Below, in pieces: positions 8,688-17,255 of a DNA stretch of 64,000 nt (position 1 is its first letter; every line of letters begins with the position of its first letter). The notes under the pieces are model-generated. The model worked only from the letters and a program-made list of their open reading frames with translations, did not search any database and had not been told where the DNA came from. The DNA comes from Planctomycetota bacterium (GTDB taxonomy: Bacteria > Planctomycetota > UBA1135 > GCA-002748355), in the NCBI GenBank assembly GCA_002685965.1, contig NYZE01000080.1, forward strand, positions 12,464 to 76,463. Reading direction: 5' to 3'. Position numbers and translations under genes: made by a program.

Positions 8688-11198
8688 CTACTGGATCTTG
8701 AAGCTCTGCGAGTTGCCGAGTGTCAAGGTGGCACCGGAGACGAGCAGCTGTTGCCAATGGAGCTGCAATCCGATCAGCCCAGGGTCGTTCGGGATCGGCT
8801 CGTCGATCGTCAGTCGCCTGGCGGTGCCGTAGGCGGTGGCTGACAACACGAATAGGGTATTCGGGTCCAAGAGCAGCGTGCCGATACCCGGGACCTTCAC
8901 GTTGGCGGCGCCGCCTGACAGCAGCGGGACTGCCACCGCACCGGGTGCGCCGTGGTATGCAAAGCGTGCGGTGCTGCCGCGGTGCGCGCCGCCGAGCAGG
9001 GTCAGTGACGCGGGTGTGACGATGCCCTTGACCTCGAGGTCGTCGACGCAGGCTTCGACCAGCGATGCGGACACCGTGTCCTGAGCGTTGAAGCGGAAGC
9101 GCATCTCGTTCGTCATGGTGCCGGGAAGGTTGACTTCGATCTGTTCCCAACCGGACGTGTGGTTGCCACGGCGATAGATCTCCGTCCAGCTGCTGCCGCC
9201 GTCTTTGCTGAGTTCGACGGTGAACGGATCGCCCACAACCGATTCGGAGTAGTAGAGCCAGATCGACAGCGCTGGCAGTGCGACGTGGCGCAGATCCATG
9301 ATCGGCGACAGCAAAGACGTCTTGCCGTTGTCGACGTCGTAGTTGCCAACGCTGTTGCCCGCCCGCGCCTCCGTGACCCAGCACATGGTTCCGGTCGGGC
9401 TGTGGTCGGCACCGGGCTGGTAGTCACGACTCTGGTAGACGGTGCGCTGCGGCACCGCACGCTCGAACTTGCCGGTGGTTGCGGTGTCTGCGGTCGAGCG
9501 GCGGAAGCCCAGGTCCTTCTCGAAGTCCGACCCGACGAGTAGTACCGGCTCCGCGAACGGAAGGTCGATGGTGACCTTGTCGACAATGGTCTCGTAGGCG
9601 ATCGACAGCTCGACGCGCGCGAACGCTGCCTTGTAGTTCTGATCGACCTTGAGCGACAACGGGCTGGCGTTGTTGTTCGCCGAAGCGAACTTCGCGATCG
9701 TGCCGAAATTGTGCGTGCCCTTGGTGATGGTCACGCCACTCGACAGCGACTTGAGCGAGGCCGTGACCGGCGTCAACGACGCGGCCGCGCCGTTGTTGGC
9801 CAGCGTGATGCGCAGCAAGCCCGTCTCACCAGGATCGACCTTGCCGTTGTTGTTGCCGCCCGGGCCTTCGCTCAGCGCCGACTTGTCGACGGTGACGTTG
9901 GCACCGGCGAGCACGGCGAACTGCTGGAACATGTGCTGCTGCCGGTTCGAGATCCGCACCTGGTTGGTCGGGTTTGGCCAGAAACCACCCTCGCTCGAAG
10001 TGCCGAGTTCCGGCGTATAGCCGTACATGCCGTGCGCTACGTGGTAGTGGTCGAGTGCGGTACCCGCTGCGATGTAGAGCGTCGTGCTCGCCGGTCCGAC
10101 AACCATCGCCGGGTTCTTCGCGAGCGCCCGCGCGTTGATCGTCTGGTATTCGCTGTGGTTCGGGGGTGGGCCGTTCTTGTAGCCCCACGGATAGAGCAGC
10201 AGCTCGCCACTCGTGTGGCACGAGTTGCCAATCACGAACTTTCGCGTCGTGATGAACGCCTCGAACGCCGCGATTTCCGGTTCCGAAAGCGGGCTCGTGC
10301 CACGGTAGGTGCTGGAGCTTGGGTTCGTGCTGTTGCCGCCGTTTGGGGCGGTCCAGCCCGTTGTCCAGTTGCGGTTCAGGTCGACACCGTAGACGCCGCC
10401 GCCGTTGTTGCGCCGGTTCTTGCGCCACATGCCACCGCCGTTGGGGCTGTTGCGGCGGTTGTACTCGTAACCGTCTGGGTTGACGCACGGCACGAAGTAG
10501 CACTCGCGGTTGTTGACGATGTAGGTAGCGACCGTGTCCTTGCCGTAGTTCGACAACAACCAGTCCATGAACACGAGCGTCGTCGTGCAACTGACTGGCT
10601 CGCGCGCGTGGTGCAGCGCGTCGTAGAGCACTTCTGGCTCGAGTTCGTCCTTGTTGACGTTGTCGGAGATCTTGACCATCCAGAGGTCACGACCCTCGAT
10701 CGACTTGCCGATGCTGACCTTGGTCGTGCAGATGGCGGGGTGGTCCTTGGCGAACTTGTCGAGGTGGGCGACGATCTGTACCCACGTGTAGTGGCCCCCC
10801 ATGCCGCCCTGTCCGACGGCGGGCGTCAGGTCGTTCGGGAACTTAAACTTTGATAGCTCCTTGCCGATCGTGTCCTCGAGGTTGCGCACGGCCACCGTGT
10901 AGTCGAGACCGGCAGCCTTGATCTTGTCGATGTCCGAGTCTTCGGCGATGACTTCGACCTCGCGCGCCGGAATCTCGAGCGCGTTGCATGCTGCCAGGTC
11001 CAGGTCGAGTGCCAGCAGCTTGTCCAGCGTTCGCGCGTCTTTGACGATCACCTTGACCAGGTGGTGATCCGGCTCGGCGGCCGGAGGAGTCGTTGCCACG
11101 GCGTTGATCGGAGTGACTGCTTGGAAGCAGAGGGGCAGTAGGAGCTGGGCGAACATGCAGGCCTCGCTAACGGGACGCAGGGAAGAAGCTCGACGCAT
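8688..11198 (-). CDS. Secreted zinc carboxypeptidase, M14 family, with MAM-like and C-terminal beta-rich domains
   Basis: 836-aa ORF. M14 motifs are present: ALHHAREPVS (HxxE zinc ligands), VNPDGYEY, DLNRNW. The N-terminus has a signal-like segment (MFAQLLLPLCFQAVTPINAVA), so the start could be 11198 or the ATG at 11156. A MAM-like region (...MCWVTEARAGNSVGNYDVDNGKTSLLSPIMDL...VDDLEVKG) is followed by a ~110-aa tail. Confidence 0.85.
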   Translation of the reverse strand: MRRASSLRPVSEACMFAQLLLPLCFQAVTPINAVATTPPAAEPDHHLVKVIVKDARTLDKLLALDLDLAACNALEIPAREVEVIAEDSDIDKIKAAGLDYTVAVRNLEDTIGKELSKFKFPNDLTPAVGQGGMGGHYTWVQIVAHLDKFAKDHPAICTTKVSIGKSIEGRDLWMVKISDNVNKDELEPEVLYDALHHAREPVSCTTTLVFMDWLLSNYGKDTVATYIVNNRECYFVPCVNPDGYEYNRRNSPNGGGMWRKNRRNNGGGVYGVDLNRNWTTGWTAPNGGNSTNPSSSTYRGTSPLSEPEIAAFEAFITTRKFVIGNSCHTSGELLLYPWGYKNGPPPNHSEYQTINARALAKNPAMVVGPASTTLYIAAGTALDHYHVAHGMYGYTPELGTSSEGGFWPNPTNQVRISNRQQHMFQQFAVLAGANVTVDKSALSEGPGGNNNGKVDPGETGLLRITLANNGAAASLTPVTASLKSLSSGVTITKGTHNFGTIAKFASANNNASPLSLKVDQNYKAAFARVELSIAYETIVDKVTIDLPFAEPVLLVGSDFEKDLGFRRSTADTATTGKFERAVPQRTVYQSRDYQPGADHSPTGTMCWVTEARAGNSVGNYDVDNGKTSLLSPIMDLRHVALPALSIWLYYSESVVGDPFTVELSKDGGSSWTEIYRRGNHTSGWEQIEVNLPGTMTNEMRFRFNAQDTVSASLVEACVDDLEVKGIVTPASLTLLGGAHRGSTARFAYHGAPGAVAVPLLSGGAANVKVPGIGTLLLDPNTLFVLSATAYGTARRLTIDEPIPNDPGLIGLQLHWQQLLVSGATLTLGNSQSFKIQ

Positions 11199-11458
11199 TC
11201 TAGCGCGAACAAATCGTAGTGTGTCGCCCCAGATTGTGCTGGCCCCACTGATGACACGGCGGTCGCGCCCCGACGCCTTGTCGTTTCAGGCCGCCACTGC
11301 GACTCTGCATGCCTATCGACTGGCGCTGGCCGGGGGCTCGCCGTCATGCATGCGGCGGCCGTTGGCCGTGCCATCCGTAAGCTGGGTGGTTTCTTCTCAC
11401 CCACCGAGAAGGTCAGCTTTCTGTCACCGACTGCCGACCTTGCCGTAGCCTTGGGCGA

Positions 11459-13303
11459 ATGCGGGCCGTCGCACTTGTGCTGTTGCTCGTCGCCGGTGTC
11501 GGTGCACAGACGACCTTTCGTTGGGTCGAACGCAGCCACTGGTGGCTGGACACCCATCCGGTGCGGCTCCGCGTCGGCAGCGCAAAGGCCACTCTCGTGC
11601 TGCTCGGGTTGCCCCGCCTGGTTTGGTCGCTCGGTGCGCACGACATCACCGCTCACGGTACTGCAGCGGGGATCGAATGCCGCGTCCGTGCATTGCCGAC
11701 CGAGGACCTTCTGGTGTTCGACGTGCGCTCCAGGGATCCACTGCTGCTGCGCGTCAAACTTCCCGGTGTCTCCTCGGGTGGCCCCGACCTCGCCAATGCG
11801 CTCTTTGGTGGGCGTCAAATGGCTCTCTTGGCGGTCGGTGGTGGGCTCGTTGTGGGGGCCGATGCTTGCCGTATCCAGCTGCCGGCTGGCGGGGGCACGC
11901 TGGTCTTCTGTCTCGGTCGCGCCGCGCGCGATAGCCAGCAAGTCGCTGCCTTGCGGCTCGGGGCGCGTCATCGCCTGGAGCTGGCATCCGTGCAGGACGC
12001 GGCCTGGTTGCGACAGGGCCTCTTGCTGCACTCGCCATCGGCGCCGATCAACAAGATGTTCCGGCGTGCCCTGCTCCAGTTGCGCGCCCAGATCGCGCCG
12101 AATGGCCGAGTGTTCGACGCCAAGCGGGGCGCCGGCTTCGGGGTAGCGATCCGGCCAACGGTCTCCAGTGCCGCGGCCTTGTGGGTTAGCGGGCACCGCG
12201 CGCTTGCACGGAGGATCGTCGCGGCCTTGCGTGATGAGACCATGCCGCAGCTCCTGGCCGCGCACACCCGCCAGTTGCGCCGACTCGGCTGGTTGCCGGC
12301 TGCCCCACCCTTCAAGGACGACCCCGTAATCGGCGACCTTGCCGGGCTGCCTCTACACGAGTGGTTGACGACCAGACAAGGTCTCGGCCACCTCCCTGAG
12401 GCCCCGGAAGCGTGGGTGCACGCCGGAACCGGACGCCTGTGCTTCCTGCCGGGTCAACCACGTCCGACTGCCTGGCACCTCGTAATCGGCACCGCGTGGT
12501 TACCGCTCCCGGTCGAGTGGCGAGTCGCTGCCGCTCGAACGTGGCCCGACGCGCTCCGCGAGCTACTGCAACCCGATGGCACGTTCGCGCTGATGGGTCG
12601 GTTTGGCACCGACCGCGCGTCGCCGCCCTCGCCCCTTGCCACTTGTTTGCTCGCTGAGTGGCGCCTGGCACGTGGCGACCGCGATGGCGCTGAACGTGCG
12701 CTACGCGCCGTCGCCGTTCGTACATCAGGCTGGCTTGCGCACTCTTGGCGGCGTGCGGATGACCAATCGGCTGCTGCTGCTGCTCGATTCGTGCTCACCG
12801 CAATCGGTCTCACCCTGCGTTCCGGCGCAGGCGCCTGGCAAGTTGGGCTGCCCGAGAGTTGGGACCGTGTGACCCTGGCGGGTTATCCGCTCGGCGAGGC
12901 GCGCGCGGAGGTGACGCTGGAGCGGGAACGAGGCTCGCTCCGGATGTGCGTCCGCGGTGGGCGCCGCCTGCCTGCGTTCCGCTGTGTCGCCTCCGGCGGT
13001 GCGGTTGATGTCCCACAGGGTGGAACGGCCGTGGCGGGCGTGTCAGTGGGTGAACGCTTGCTGACGCTACCCGAACGGCTCCCCGACACCGTGCGCTGCT
13101 ACACGAAGGCGGGCGAGGAGTACCGCGTCCAGCTGGCCGAGACGCTGGCAATGATCAGGCGCCTTCGTCGGAAGCAGACCGCCCCGCGCGTGGTACGCGT
13201 GCGCAAGTCGCTGTCGCCACAAGAGGAGGCCAGGGCGATCGACTCTTTGCGTGGGCTCAGTCGCTTCATCGAGCGACAGTTCGAAGCACGAAACCGGAAG
13301 TAG
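11459..13303 (+). CDS. Secreted hypothetical protein (possibly a six-hairpin glycosidase-like fold; unassigned)
   Basis: 614-aa ORF with a clear signal peptide (MRAVALVLLLVAGVGAQT). The frame is long and uninterrupted, with coding-like composition. The C-terminal beta-sandwich-like segment and basic tail were not assignable by eye. Confidence 0.6.
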   Translation: MRAVALVLLLVAGVGAQTTFRWVERSHWWLDTHPVRLRVGSAKATLVLLGLPRLVWSLGAHDITAHGTAAGIECRVRALPTEDLLVFDVRSRDPLLLRVKLPGVSSGGPDLANALFGGRQMALLAVGGGLVVGADACRIQLPAGGGTLVFCLGRAARDSQQVAALRLGARHRLELASVQDAAWLRQGLLLHSPSAPINKMFRRALLQLRAQIAPNGRVFDAKRGAGFGVAIRPTVSSAAALWVSGHRALARRIVAALRDETMPQLLAAHTRQLRRLGWLPAAPPFKDDPVIGDLAGLPLHEWLTTRQGLGHLPEAPEAWVHAGTGRLCFLPGQPRPTAWHLVIGTAWLPLPVEWRVAAARTWPDALRELLQPDGTFALMGRFGTDRASPPSPLATCLLAEWRLARGDRDGAERALRAVAVRTSGWLAHSWRRADDQSAAAAARFVLTAIGLTLRSGAGAWQVGLPESWDRVTLAGYPLGEARAEVTLERERGSLRMCVRGGRRLPAFRCVASGGAVDVPQGGTAVAGVSVGERLLTLPERLPDTVRCYTKAGEEYRVQLAETLAMIRRLRRKQTAPRVVRVRKSLSPQEEARAIDSLRGLSRFIERQFEARNRK

Positions 13304-13313
13304 CCCTGCAGAG

Positions 13314-14393
13314 CTACTTGCTGTGCCCAGGCTTCTTGGTTCGCACCTCGTTGGGAATGCGCAGTTCCCAACCTCCTTCTGCGGTGGCGCCGATCAGGAG
13401 CACTCGTTCGCCCAGGCGCGTGTGACGTTGCAGCAAGTTCTCGCCTGCCGGTGCCCACGATGCCGTCGGTCCGGCGATGAGTCGGAACATGTCGCTGAGC
13501 TCTCGCAGAAGGTTTGGCTGACGCTGTAGTTGCGGCGGCAAGTGGCTGGTGAGGTCGAGCACGCGCAGGTTGCGGATTTGCACCCCCTCGGCTCCTCTCC
13601 GATCCATGCGGGCAGCCTCGATCAACGTGACCATGCGTTCGATGTCGCGGCGTGAGTAGCTACGGCCCCGCGCGGACCGGACAACCCGCTCGAGGTTTTT
13701 CTCGATCGAGACGAGTCCGGTGCGCAGCTTGGTTGGCAGCACCACTACCCTGCCATCGAGCATGTTGACGACCTGCACGCTCAACAGCGTCTGCTGACTC
13801 TTCGACTGCAGGGCGCGGAAGGCCTGGTTTGGCTGCATTCGCCGGTAGCGCGGTGCAGCTTCTTGCAACTCGACGACCTGATGTACGCAGTTCTCGACGC
13901 TGTTCCTGCCGAAAGAGACCGGATCGATTGGCCTCGGGATCGGCAGCGACACACGCTCGAGCCCGCCCAATCCTGAGTTGCTGGCCGACCTGGTGCTCGC
14001 AGGGTTCTTCGTGACGGGCTGTCCCTTGTTGAACTCGTCGATGATGAGCCCCAACGACAGCAGTAGCGCAGCCGCGGTCACGGCACCGGAAGCAAAGAGC
14101 TTGATGCGATGGCTGAGCGCGACCGGTCCGCGCAGGATCTCTGGTCGAGCGCCTTCGCCCGCAGAGATTCGCTCGAACAGGTTGGCCTGAAAGTCAGTCG
14201 ACACCTCGTGGACTGGCAAGGCTCGCGTCATTGTCTGCAGTTCGCGGCAGCTATCGAACGCCTTGCGGCAAGTCCGGCATACCAAGAGGTGGGTGCGGAA
14301 GGCTTGTGCCTCCCGCTGGCCGAGACGCTGATCCACAGCCTCGCTGACGAGACTGGCGGCTTGCCTGCAGCTGAGCGTTGACTGGGAGCTCAT
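13314..14393 (-). CDS. Anti-sigma factor (zf-HC2 type), single-pass membrane protein with ~230-aa extracytoplasmic domain
   Basis: The N-terminus carries an HxxxCxxC motif (THLLVCRTCRKAF). One TM helix follows (LFASGAVTAAALLLSLGLII). The start overlaps the stop of the upstream ECF sigma gene (ATGA at 14390..14393). Confidence 0.75.
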   Translation of the reverse strand: MSSQSTLSCRQAASLVSEAVDQRLGQREAQAFRTHLLVCRTCRKAFDSCRELQTMTRALPVHEVSTDFQANLFERISAGEGARPEILRGPVALSHRIKLFASGAVTAAALLLSLGLIIDEFNKGQPVTKNPASTRSASNSGLGGLERVSLPIPRPIDPVSFGRNSVENCVHQVVELQEAAPRYRRMQPNQAFRALQSKSQQTLLSVQVVNMLDGRVVVLPTKLRTGLVSIEKNLERVVRSARGRSYSRRDIERMVTLIEAARMDRRGAEGVQIRNLRVLDLTSHLPPQLQRQPNLLRELSDMFRLIAGPTASWAPAGENLLQRHTRLGERVLLIGATAEGGWELRIPNEVRTKKPGHSK

Positions 14394-14947
14394 CTGGAGT
14401 CGAGGTGAACGCGCAATGTCCGGAGAAGCTTCTGTCGTGCACGGAAAAGACGGGTGCTGACAGTCTTGAGTGGGATGTCGAGGATGGTGGCTGCTTCCTC
14501 GTACGAGACACCTTGGCTTTCGCAGAGCAGGAAGACCTCGCGAAACTTGTTCGGCAGCTCACGAATCGCTCGCTGCAGATCAACGCTCATCTCGTTCTCT
14601 TGTGCTCGGACGTCAGGTGAGGCGCTCGGGCGATCGGGAGGCGTCGGATCACGGTCGTCGTCATCGGCCAGGTCGCGGAAGTTGCGCGGCTTGTGCTTGC
14701 GGCGCCGCAGACGGTCCAGGCAGAGGTTGCGCGCGACGCGATAGAGCCACGGCCGCCATGCCACCTCTGGCACCTGGTGCAGGTGGCGATACAGCGCCAG
14801 GAGCGCATCCTGCGCCACGTCCTCGGACCAGTCCCCGTCGTCCCCGAGCATTCGGGCCGCGAACGTCGACAAGGGCTCCGCATAGTCGTGCACCGCGCCC
14901 TGGTAGGCGGAGAGCAGGACCGAGTCTTGATGAGTCATGGAGGACAT
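14390..14947 (-). CDS. ECF-family RNA polymerase sigma factor
   Basis: Region 2 reads DVAQDALLALYRHLHQVPEVAWRPWLYRVARNLCLDRLRRRK. Region 4 reads LQRAIRELPNKFREVFLLCESQGVSYEEAATILDIPLKTVSTRLFRARQKL. The track ORF extends to 15004. I prefer the ATG at 14947 (MSSMTHQDS...), but 15004 is possible. Confidence 0.85.
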   Translation of the reverse strand: MSSMTHQDSVLLSAYQGAVHDYAEPLSTFAARMLGDDGDWSEDVAQDALLALYRHLHQVPEVAWRPWLYRVARNLCLDRLRRRKHKPRNFRDLADDDDRDPTPPDRPSASPDVRAQENEMSVDLQRAIRELPNKFREVFLLCESQGVSYEEAATILDIPLKTVSTRLFRARQKLLRTLRVHLDSR

Positions 14948-15233
14948 AGAACGCGAGGGCGGCCGTGTGGGACGCCGCGGTCGGCGCAAAACTCCCTGAT
15001 CCACACCATTCCCAGCCTACCTGCAGGTGGCGACTCCAGAGTGGTGATCGGCACGCCGAGGTCGATTCTCGCCCAACTTCCGTGATTGCCTAGGGTTGGG
15101 TGACCCACGGGGCCGTCAGGATCGACGGGGGTCGTGGTGACGATGCGCCGGTCCAGCGGAGGGCGGGGGTTCGCCCAGGGGCCGCGGTGGACGGTCCGCT
15201 GCCGGTCGCCGGGCCGGTCTGTACACGAAAGGC

Positions 15234-15770
15234 ATGACCATGGCGCAGGCGATCGCTGTGGCGGAGGGACTCGATCGCTGCGCCAAGTGGAACGACGTGC
15301 GACTGCTCCGTTACTACGGGAAGGACACGGTCAAGAGGCACCGCGTGAACATGAGCGGAGTGTTGCTCGCGCAGGAGCCGAATTTCTTGGTTCTGCCCGG
15401 TGACGTTGTCTATTGCCGAACATCCACGATCGCCGACATCCACGATTTCGTTGGGCTCTATATCAAGCGCTTGCTACCAATCGCCATCACCGGCGCCGCG
15501 CTGCCGGTCCCTGGCGGGGGACAGTGGAGCCTTCAAAAAACTTTCAGGCTTGCCCAATCTTTCCGGGGACTCGTGCGTAGAACGCACATCGGCCCCCGTG
15601 CCCGCGCCCATGTGGGCAACCGGAAGGTCCCCCCCCCCTTCCACAGGACGCTTGAAAGACGATCGTGTAGGCAGGCTGACCTGCCGGGGAGTTCCCTGGA
15701 ATGGCAATGGCGCGAACCCTCTACCTTTTCTCTCCCGAAGAAGCCGGGCGCGAGTCTCTTCGTCGGCTAG
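15234..15770 (+). pseudogene. Remnant of a polysaccharide export protein (Wza/KpsD-type SLBB domain only); 3' run-on probably not genuine coding
   Basis: GMTMAQAIAVAEGLDRCAKWNDVRLLRYYGKDTVKRHRVNMSGVLLAQEPNFLVLPGDVVYCRTS matches the SLBB beta-grasp pattern of export proteins (tl.qAi..AGG ... v.l.R ... L.pGDvv.v). The N-terminal Poly_export domain and the first SLBB strand are missing, because the in-frame upstream stop is at 15138. The tail after about 15530 is low-complexity and overlaps the next gene by 70 nt. Confidence 0.4.
15629..15638. repeat. Homopolymeric C10 (G10 on the other strand) tract
   Basis: Direct reading gives ggaaggt-cccccccccc-ttccac. The tract lies 63 nt upstream of the ATG at 15701. 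Confidence 0.9.
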
Positions 15771-16129
15771 TGAACATCCTCGAGCGAGGTGGAACCGTAC
15801 CGAGCGAGGATCTCGCTTCGTTCGAAGAGCTCATGGCGAAGCTCGAGGGCGGACAGGTGGACTGTTTACTTCTGGACGGTCGAGCCACCGGGGCGGAGCT
15901 CCTCAAGCGTCTCGGTGAACCCGACCCGGAGCGCTTGCTCTCGATGTCGCTCGCCGAACTCGAGAAGCGGCACATCCTGCGAGTGCTCGCGAGCACGCGG
16001 AACAACAAGACGCGGGCGGCGCGGATCCTCGGGATTGACACCAAGACGCTCTACAACAAGCTCAAGAGCTACCAGGCCAGCGAGAAGGCTCGCTTGAGAC
16101 GCCTGGAGCAGAGTTCAACCACCGCCTGA
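15701..16129 (+). CDS. Small Fis-type (HTH_8) DNA-binding regulator with a truncated receiver-like N-terminus and no AAA+ domain
   Basis: The C-terminus is LAELEKRHILRVLASTRNNKTRAARILGIDTKTLYNKLKSY, the classic NtrC/Fis HTH. The N-terminal ~75 aa resembles half of a receiver domain (LYLFSPEE...VDCLLLDGRATGAELLKRL). Confidence 0.7.
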   Translation: MAMARTLYLFSPEEAGRESLRRLVNILERGGTVPSEDLASFEELMAKLEGGQVDCLLLDGRATGAELLKRLGEPDPERLLSMSLAELEKRHILRVLASTRNNKTRAARILGIDTKTLYNKLKSYQASEKARLRRLEQSSTTA

Positions 16130-16162
16130 AGGCGGGCGGGCCGCCGACTGGCGGAGCGACGG

Positions 16163-17215
16163 TCAAAGAGCCTCCCGGCACGCATCGAAGACGGCGCTGG
16201 GTGCAATCTCCTCCATGCAGACGTTACGTGGACAACGAACGTCGCGTCCCTGGCACGGCGCACAGGGTAGGTCTCGTCGGAGGACCGCTGTGTAAGAGCA
16301 CGGTGCCCATGGACCCGTGAAAGAGACCGGGCTCGGTCCGTACAGACCGATCAGAGCCGTGCCGACGGCGGTGGCGATGTGCAGCGGGCCCGTGTCCACG
16401 GTCACGACCACGTCGGCGAGGCTTGCGGCGGCCGCCAAACGCGACAGTGGTGGTCGTATCAACTGCAGCGGTGCGCTCGTGCAGCCGGAGACGATGTGGT
16501 TGACCCACCGCGTCTCCACCGAGCTGCCCGAGCTGACGACGACCTGTAGCGACAACTCGTCGGCCAGCCGATCCATCAACACGCGCCAGTGTTCGACGGG
16601 CCAAACGCGCCGTCGCACACCGCGGCGCAGCTTGAAGCGGAAGGTCTCGTCGCAACCGGGATGGAGCAGTGCGAACGGCACGCCACGCGCGGGCAGGAAT
16701 GCGCGAGCTGCGTTGAGCTCCGCCTCGGGGAGTGCCAGGCGCAGGGGTCCTGGGGGTTCCGGAAGGCCGATCGGTCCGAGGCGTGCCAGGGTCTGCTCGA
16801 CGACGTGATGCGTGCGGTCCGTTGGTGTCGGGTCGTTGGCGGGGAACACGAACGGGATGCGCGCCGAGCGCGCGAAGTACAACAGCTCCTTGCGCGGACG
16901 CAGTGCGAGCAATAGATCGAACTTGCCTTCGATCTGCTGCGCCAACCTGCTGCCCTGCCGACCTGCGAGGGCACTCTCGCGACCTGAGAAGGCGAGCACC
17001 TGGTCGAACATCGGATCATGGTCAACGAGCGCACGGCTATACTCGTTGGTGAGCAGGGTGATTCGCGCCTGTGGCCATCGCTCGTGAAACGCGGCGAGCG
17101 CTGGCGTTGTCATCAAGAGGTCGCCGATGCGCGAAGCGCGCACAGCGAGCACATTATGGACCAGGTTGCGTTCGAGTTGCTCCAGAACCGCAGCTGCGTC
17201 GGTGCCTGGCATCAC
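16163..17215 (-). CDS. Glycosyltransferase family 9 (heptosyltransferase-like)
   Basis: 350 aa. GT9 hallmarks are present: NVLAVRASRIGDLLMTTPALAAFHERWPQARITLLT, LLHPGCDETFRFKLRRG...WPVEHW, and LADVVVTVDTGPLHIATAVGTALIGLYGPS. Confidence 0.8.
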   Translation of the reverse strand: MMPGTDAAAVLEQLERNLVHNVLAVRASRIGDLLMTTPALAAFHERWPQARITLLTNEYSRALVDHDPMFDQVLAFSGRESALAGRQGSRLAQQIEGKFDLLLALRPRKELLYFARSARIPFVFPANDPTPTDRTHHVVEQTLARLGPIGLPEPPGPLRLALPEAELNAARAFLPARGVPFALLHPGCDETFRFKLRRGVRRRVWPVEHWRVLMDRLADELSLQVVVSSGSSVETRWVNHIVSGCTSAPLQLIRPPLSRLAAAASLADVVVTVDTGPLHIATAVGTALIGLYGPSPVSFTGPWAPCSYTAVLRRDLPCAPCQGRDVRCPRNVCMEEIAPSAVFDACREAL

Positions 17216-17255
17216 GACCGTAGCGTATCCCGCCGGCGACGGATACGTTCAGGGA

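Noticed and set aside
7636-9384. Many very long ORFs lie antisense to, or out of frame with, the called genes. Examples: 174..1055 +, 6198..7529 +, 7636..9384 -, 9711..10853 +, 11048..12265 -, 25638..26582 +, 52862..54052 -, 59035..60393 -, 62183..63298 -.
   Set aside because: Their translations are Arg/Pro/Gly/His-rich and low-complexity, with no recognisable motifs. They lie opposite frames that encode clear, motif-bearing proteins. They are the expected shadow ORFs of stop-poor GC-rich DNA.
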